NCBI GenBank assembly: GCA_025362355.1
Contig: JANYGT010000122.1
Span: forward strand, 1 to 58,018
Length of the DNA stretch: 58,018 nucleotides
Direction: 5' to 3'
Source of the DNA: Lacisediminihabitans sp.
GTDB lineage: Bacteria; Actinomycetota; Actinomycetes; Actinomycetales; Microbacteriaceae
Shown: positions 57,971 to 58,018 of the stretch, piece by piece
Layout: each line of letters begins with the position of its first letter
Numbering within the stretch: the first letter of the stretch is position 1
Translations under genes and position numbers: made by a program
Notes under the pieces: generated by a model
The model's input: the letters and a program-made list of their open reading frames with translations, nothing else
The model's database searches: none
What the model was told of the DNA's origin: nothing

Positions 57971-58018
57971 CCGACTGCGGCTGCGATAAAGCGAAGGCCG
58001 AGCTTGAGGAATACCTCC
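57967..58018 (+). CDS. rshA: Partial zinc-binding anti-sigma factor (RshA/RsrA-like), 5' end
   Basis: ATGA overlap with the sigH stop, reads [17 protein letters not shown] to the window edge. Confidence 0.8.
   Translation, partial: MTDCGCDKAKAELEEYL

Overview
High-GC actinobacterial chromosome segment. Gene order, gene content and the tmRNA tag point to a Microbacteriaceae member (inference). It is a core scaffold with small accessory insertions. Core blocks are DUF3039-pncB-murI-rph-rdgB-dedA-tRNA-Leu, prfB-ftsEX-smpB-ssrA and hisN-rsgA-aroA-sigH-rshA. There are two cell-wall glycopolymer loci: a phosphate-rich teichoic-acid-like one (two TagF-like polymerases, Wzm/Wzt, a LicC-like cytidylyltransferase, a GT2) and a nonulosonic-acid one (neuA-neuB-DUF6716). 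Each has a PHO-box-like 11-nt direct repeat upstream, in opposite orientation relative to transcription. Also present are a Tad/Flp pilus operon, two unusual photolyases (Fe-S (6-4) type and domain-inverted NewPHL type), a vanillin/vanillate catabolic islet with a nearby glutathione-independent formaldehyde dehydrogenase, and a 962-aa MacB/FtsX-type ABC permease. The most notable sequence-level signals are the putative phosphate-controlled wall-polymer switch, an apparent window-wide excess of GGATGC/GCATCC, a SigR/SigH-type promoter inside aroA that would give an N-terminally extended sigma isoform, and recurrent 18-bp in-frame minisatellites. No CRISPR array, rRNA, transposase, integrase or prophage was seen. 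All calls come from reading motifs by eye; no searches were run.
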